NCBI RefSeq assembly: GCF_009914755.1
Contig: NC_060936.1
DNA: 64,000 nucleotides
Reading direction: 5' to 3' (one strand)
From: the human T2T-CHM13v2.0 reference genome, Homo sapiens
In this document: positions 57,330 through 64,000 of the stretch, one piece after another
Layout of the letters: each line of letters starts with the position of its first letter
Numbering within the stretch: position 1 is the first letter of the stretch
Translations under genes and position numbers: made by a program
Notes under the pieces: generated by a model
The model's input: only the letters and a program-made list of their open reading frames with translations
Database searches by the model: none
Told to the model about the DNA's origin: nothing

Positions 57330-59244
57330 GAAACAGGCACACCAAATCACAATGGGTGTAAATCAGTCCTCCCTGATGGCAATGGAGACCCATCTAACCA
57401 ATCCCACTTCTCCTCATTACCTTTCTTTTTCTCCTTACAAACCTAAAAGTCTCACCTTTTCTACTAGCCTGAAAATAACATCCCTCTGTTCTTCTCTTCC
57501 TCCTTCAGCACTCAATCGTTCTTACACTAGTGTTTACTTAATAATTCTCCACCTTATACTTTCTGTCTCACCAGTTTCCTCTCACACTAATTTACCTGCT
57601 ACACATAATTATTCTTATTGGGCTTATGTGTCTTTTCCTCCACTTATTCCGACTTCTCATCTGGGTAGATACTCCTGCAGAAATCTACACTAATGATAGT
57701 GTGTGGATGCCTGGAGCCAGAGATGACCATTGCCCTGCTCAACCAGGAGAAGAAGGCACTGCATTTAATGTTACCATGGGCTATAAATACCACCTTCTGT
57801 GCTTCAGACATGCATCTGGTTGCATACATCTAGAAACTCAAGTCTGGGCTGCTTATCTTCCGGAAAGATCAGCTACAGATAAAACGGGACATATGGTCTC
57901 TGGCCTCTCCCTTTCTCCTTTAAAACAAACGAAAGGAGGAGTAATGGGAGATACCCCATGCTTTCAATATAAACCTGCAGGAAAACCGTGCCCTAAAAAT
58001 TTTGAGGGCCCATCTAAAACTTTAATTTGGGGAGATTGTCTTAACTCGCATGCAGTAATATTAAAAAATGACTCATATGGTTTAGTAATAGACTGGGCAC
58101 CAAAAGCCTATTTAAAAAACAATTTCTCCTCTGGCAGAAGGGAATACCTGGAGGTTACTTATTTTATTTCTTATCAGGAGAACAAGAATCATCATTCTAC
58201 TTTGCATAGGAGGTTTGGCTTATTCTTTCCCTTAAAATGGGAAGATAAAGGCATTACCCGCCCCGCTCAGTCCTCGTATGATACTCCCCATTCTGAGCCC
58301 GGAACTCCCAGAACTTTGGAAATTGGCTATTGCCATGTCTGGACTGCGAATATGGGAAGGAAAAACTATTCTGACTGTTATTCCCACTACCGTCCCACTC
58401 TCTTAGTATCAACGTAGAACCAGACATTCTGCTTTACTTGCCCAGACCTTGGGAATCCTCCCCCTCAATACATTTAATTAATGAAGTGCTACAGTGAATT
58501 CTAAAAAGATCTAAGAGATTTGTTCTCACTTTAATTGCTGTTATCATGGGCCTAATTACAGTCACATTAATGGCCACCACTGCCAGAATGGCATTACACC
58601 AGTCCATTCAAACGGCTCGTTTTGTTAATGATTGGGAAGCCAATTCCACCCAAATGTGGAATGCTCAACAAGGTATTGATCAAAAATTGGCAAATCAAAT
58701 TAATGACTTAAGACAGTCTGTTATTTGGCTTGGAGATTGGGTAGTGAGCCTCGAGCATCACATGGAAATGCAGTGCGATTGGAATACTTTGGATTTCTGC
58801 ATCACCCCTATTCCTATAATGAGACTGATCTTTCATGGGAAATGGTCAAAGGATACCTTCTAGTTAGGGAAGATAATTTATCATTGGACATAACTAAATT
58901 AAAGAAACAAATTTTTGAAACCTCTCAAGCTCACTTATCCCTTGTGCCTGGAGCTGAGGCATTAGATCAGGTGGCAGAAAATCTTTATGGATTAAACCCC
59001 ACGACTTGGATTAAGTCTACTGAGGCTCCACTGTAGTTAATTTTGGAATTATGTTTCTCTGTTTAATCGGCTTGTTTTTAGTGTGCCGGATCAGTCAAGA
59101 ATCCTACATCAAAATTCAGAGAATGAACAAGCCTTCATTGCCATGGCACATTCATATAAAAAGAAAAGGAGAGATGTTGTGGGAAGTCAGGGACCCCAAA
59201 AGGAGGGACCAGCTGAAACCATAGCAGAAGAATGTGGATTGTGA
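57256..59244 (+). pseudogene. env: ERV env (leader, SU, TM), disrupted
   Basis: NYSYWAYV.FPPLI, furin site RSKR|F at 58507-58518, [19 protein letters not shown] and the CDWN..DFCITP loop. The terminal frame runs into the 3' LTR to TGA at 59242-59244. Confidence 0.9.
59158..59174 (+). other. Polypurine tract
   Basis: aaaaagaaagggagaga directly before the TG of the 3' LTR. Confidence 0.9.
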
Positions 59245-60243
59245 AGAATTCATGGACATTTATTAGTTCCCAAAATTAATACTTTTATAATTTCTTATTC
59301 CTGTATTTACTGCAATCTCTAAACATAAATTGTGAAGATTTCATGGACACTTATCACTTCCCCAATAAACATCATTGTGATTTCCTATGCCTGTCTTTAC
59401 TTTAATCTCTTAATCCTGTCAGATGAGGAAGATGTATGTCTCCTCAGGACCATGTGATAATTGTGTTAACTACACAAATTGTAGAGCATGTGTGTTTAAA
59501 CAATATGAAATCTGGGCACCTTCAAAAAAAGAACAGGCTAACAGCAATGCTTGGGAAACAAGAGAGATAACCTTAAACTCTGACTGCCAGTGAGCTGGGC
59601 GGAACAGAGCCATATTTCTCTTCTTTCAAAAGCAAATGGGAGAAATAACACTGAATTCTTTTTCTCAGCAAGGAACATCCCTGAGAAAGAGAATGCACAC
59701 CTGGGGGTGGGTCTCTGAACTGGCCCCCTGGGAGTGGCTGTCTTTTGTGGTCTGTACACTGTAGGGGTGAAATAGAACCCAGTCTCCCGTAGCACTCCCA
59801 GGCTTATTAGGAAGAGGAAATTCCCACCTAATAAATTTTGGTCAGACCAGTTGCTCTCAAAGCCCTGTCTCCTTATAAGATATTATCAATGACAATGGTG
59901 CCCAAAACTTGATTAACAATTTTAATTTCACCCTGGTCCTGTGGTCCTGAGATCTCACCCTGCCTCCACTTGCCTTGTGATATTTTATTACCTTGGGAAG
60001 AGCTTGATATCTGTGACTCACACTTATTTGTACACTCCCTCCCGTTTTGAAACTCCATAATAAAATCTTGCTTGTTTTGTGGCTTGGGGGGCATCACGGA
60101 ACCTACCGACATGTGATGTCGCCCCTGGCCTCCAGCTTTAAAATTTCTCTCTTTTGTGCCCTGTCCCTTTATTTCTCAAACCAGCAAATGCTTAGGGAAG
60201 ATAGAAAAGAACCTACGTGACTATCAGGGCATGTTCCCCGATA
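59175..60243 (+). repeat. 3' LTR (MER11 family)
   Basis: tgttgtgggaagtcagggacccc to ttccccgata, 1069 bp. AATAAA at 60059-60064. Confidence 0.92.
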
Positions 60244-63200
60244 GTTTCTCAGAAAGCTTCTTTCTAGTTTTGTTCTGAAGATGTTTCTTTTTCACCATAG
60301 GCCTAAATGCTCTCCTAAATATCCCTTTGGAAATTCTACTTTAACAGTGTTTCCAATCTGCTGAATGAAAAGAAAGTTTTAAATATGCGAGATGAATGCA
60401 CATATCACACAGTTGTTTCTCAGATAACTTCCATCTAGTTTTTATCATGGGATATTCGTTTTTTTGCTATTGGCCTCAATGAGCTCACAAATGTCCATTT
60501 GCAGAATGTACAAAAACAGTGTTTCCAAACTGCTGAATGAAAAGAAAGGTTGAACTATATGAGATGAATACACACATCACAAAAACGTTTCGGATGTCGC
60601 TTCCTTCTAGTGTTTATCCTGGGATATTCACTTTTTCACTATTTGCCTTTCAATGAGCTCCCAGATGTCCATTCACAAAAAGGACAAAAGCAGTATTTCC
60701 TAACTGTTGAATGAACAGACAGGTTTAACTCTGTGAGATTAATGCACACATCACAAAGCAGTTTTTCACAAAGCTTCTTTCTAGTTTGTATCTGAAGATT
60801 ATTTTTCCCTATAGGCCACAATGTTCTCCCAAATATCCTTTCACAGATTCTACAAAAGTAGTGTTACCAAACTGCTGAATGAAAAGAATGCTTTAACTCT
60901 GTGAGATGAATGCACACAACACAAAGTGGTTTACCAGATAGCTTTCTTCTTGTTTTTATCCTGGGATATTTGCTTTTTTGTCTTTGACCTCAATGAGCTC
61001 AAAAATGTCCATTCACAGAATGGACAAAAACAATGTTTCTAAACTGCTGAATCAAAAGAATGGTTTCAGTCTATGAGATGAATGCACATATCACAAAAGG
61101 GTTTCTCAGAAAGCTTCTTTCTACTTTTTATCTGAAGGTATCTTCTTTTTTCCATAGGCCTCAATGTGCTTCCAAATATCCCTTCGCAGATACTATAAAA
61201 ACTGTGTTTCCAAACTATTGAATGAAAAGAAAGTTTTAACTCCATGAGATGAATGTGCACATCACAAAGTGGTTTCTCAGATAACTTTCTTCTAGTTTTT
61301 ATCCTGGGATATTCACTTTTTTGTCATTGGCCTCAGTGAGCTCCGAAATGTCCAAACAGTGTTTCCAAACTGCTGAATCAAAAGAAAGGTTTATCTCTGT
61401 GTGATGTATGCACGTATCACAAAGTGGAATTTCAGAAAGCTTCTTTCTAGTTTTTATCTGAAGACAATTTCTTTTTCACCATAAGCCTCAAAGCACTCCA
61501 AAATATCCCTTTGCAGGTTCTACAAAATCAGTTTTTCCATAGTGCTGAATCAATAGAAAAATTTAACTCTGTGAGATGAATACACATATCACAAACAATT
61601 TCTCAGAATGTTTCTTTCTTATTTTTATCTTAAGATGTTTAGTTTTTCATCATAGGCCTCATTCCCAAATACCCCTTCAGAGATTCTACAAAGACAGTGT
61701 TTTCAAACTGTTGAATGAAAAGAAAATTTTACCTCTGTGAGAAGAATGCACACTTCACAAATGATTTATCAGATAACTTCCTTCTAGTTTTTATCCTGGG
61801 ATGTTCACTTTTTCACCATTGGCCTCAAAGATCTCTGAAATGTCAACTTGTAGAATGGACAAAAACACTGTTTCCAAACTGCTGTGACAAAAGAAAGGTT
61901 GAACTCTGTGGGATGAATGCACACAACACGAACTGGCTTCTCAGAAAGCTGCTCTCTAGTTTTAATCTGAAGATATTTTGTTTTTCACCATAAGCCTCAA
62001 TGTGGTCCCAAATATCCCTTCACAGATTCTACAAAAACACAGTTTCCAAACTGCTGAATGAAAAGAAAGATTTAACTCTGGGAGATGAATGCACACATCA
62101 CAAAGCGGTTTCTGATGTAGCTTCCTTCTAGTTTCATCTATATATTTTTTTCACCATAGGCCTCAATTTGCTCCCAAATATCCTTTCGTAGATTCTATAA
62201 AAACTGTGATTCCAAGCTGCTGAATGAAAAGAAAGGTTTAACTCTGTGAGATAAATGCACATTTCACAAAGAGGTTTCTCACATAGCTCTTTCAAAACAG
62301 CTGAATGAAAAGAAAGGTTTCACTCCTTGAAATTAATGCACACATCACTAAGCGGTTACTCAAGTAAATTCCTTCAAGTTTTTATCCTGGGATATTGGCT
62401 ATGTCGCCATTGCCCTCAATGAGCTCCAAAATGTCCATTTGCAGAATGGAGAAAAACAATTTTTCCAAACTGCTGAATGAAAAGAAATGTTTCACTCTGC
62501 AAAATGAATGCTCACATCACAAAGCAATTTCCCTGTTAGCTTCCTTCTAGTTTTTATCCTGGGATATTCTCTTATTCACCATTGGCCTCAAAGAGCTCCC
62601 AGTTGTCCATTCGCAGAATGGACAAAAAGAGTGCCTCCAAACTACTGAATCAAAAGAAAGGATTAGCTCTGTGAGATAAATTCACACATCAAAAAGCAGT
62701 TTCTCAGAAAGCTTCTTTCTGATTTTTATCTGAAGATATTTCTTTTTCACCATAGTCCTCAATGGGGACAGAAATATCCCTTAGCAGATTCTGCAATGTA
62801 GTGTTTCCAAATTGCTGAATGAAAAGGAAGGTTTAACTCTGTGAGATGAATGCACAAGTCACAATGTGGTTTCTCAGATAGCTACCTTCTAGTTTTTATC
62901 CTGGCATATTTGCTCTTTTGCCATTGGCCTCAATGATCTGCCAAATGTCCATTTTCAGAATATACAAAAACAGTGTTAACAAACTGCTGAATCAAAGGAA
63001 ATATTTAACTCTGTGAGATGAATGTTCACATAAAAAAGCAGTTTCTCAGAAATCTTCCTAGTTTTTATCTGAAGATTTTTTTTTCTCCATAGGACCCAAT
63101 GCGCTCCCAAATATCCTTTGAGATACTACAAAAACAGTGATTTCAAACTGCTGAATATAAAGAAACATTTAACTCTGCGAGATGAATGCACACATCACAA

Positions 63201-64000
63201 AGAAGTTTCTCAGATAGCTTCCTTCTAGTTTCTATCTTGGGATATTCACTTTTCTGCCATTGGCCTCAATGACCTCCAAAATGTTCATTCACAGAATAGA
63301 CAAAAACAATGTTTCCAAAGTGCTGAATCAAAGGAAAGTTTATCTCAGTGAGATGAATGCACACATCACAAAGCAGTATGTCACAAAACTTCTTTCTAGT
63401 TTTTATCTGAAGATATTCTCTATTTCACCATAGGCCTAAAAGCACTCCCAAACATCCCTTCTCAGATTCTGCAAAAACGGTGTTTCCAAACTGCAGAATC
63501 AAAAGAAAGGTTTAACTCTGTGAGATGAATGTACACGTGACAAAGCAATTTCTCACAAATCTTTCTACTTTTTATCTGATGTTATTTACTTTTTCACTAT
63601 AGGCCAAAATATGCTGCCAAATATCCCTTGGCAGATTCTACAAAAACAGTGTTTCCAAACTGCTGAATGAAAGGATGGTTTAACTCTGCAAGATGAATGT
63701 GCACATCACAAAGTGGATTCTGAGATAGCTTCCTTCCAGTTTTTATCCTGGGATATTCGCTTTTATGCCATTTGCCTCATTAACCTCTGAAATATCCCTT
63801 CAAAGATTGTACAAAAACAGTGTTTCCAAACAGGTTTCACTCTGTGAGGTGAAAGCACACATTACAAAGTGGTTTCTCAGATAGCTTCGTCCTGTTTTTT
63901 TTCCGAGAATATTTGCTTTTTCTTCATTGGCCTCAATCAGCTCCCAAATATCCCTGTGCAGATTCTACAAAACTGTCTTTTCAAATTGCTTAATGAAAAA
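60244..64000 (-). repeat. Diverged alpha satellite, dimeric type
   Basis: A/B monomer alternation resumes in register after the provirus and runs off the window end. Confidence 0.97.

Larger units (their letters stand above)
50597..60243 (+). mobile_element. HERV-K(HML-8)/HERVK11-like endogenous betaretrovirus provirus, ~9.65 kb
   Basis: Two ~1.06-kb LTRs, PBS, gag, dUTPase/pro, pol, env and PPT. 6-bp TSD gtttcc (50591-50596) / gtttct (60244-60249). Removing the provirus restores the monomer 'cacaaagcagtttctcagaaagc'. Confidence 0.93.

Overview
Primate (human-like) pericentromeric heterochromatin. About 48 kb is diverged ~171-bp alpha satellite, all in one orientation (reverse complement of the usual consensus) and without CENP-B boxes. 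Most of it alternates two monomer types as an ancient dimer, and two blocks contain almost only one type. Three retroelements interrupt the array, all on the + strand. (1) A full-length, inactivated L1PA3-like LINE-1 (5814-11964) that keeps the ~129-bp 5'UTR segment lost in younger L1s. (2) A ~220-bp, 5'-truncated younger L1 (38148-38368) with a 16-bp TSD and a tiny 5' inversion. (3) A near-complete HERV-K(HML-8)/HERVK11-like provirus with MER11-type LTRs (50597-60243) whose gag, pro, pol and env are all decayed. I see no intact host gene and no new biological system. The most notable signals are a probable gene-conversion tract between the two LTRs, fossil multi-monomer duplications in the satellite, a twin-priming micro-inversion and clustered templated micro-insertions. 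Subfamily names come from recalled consensus sequences, not a database search, and difference counts are by-eye.
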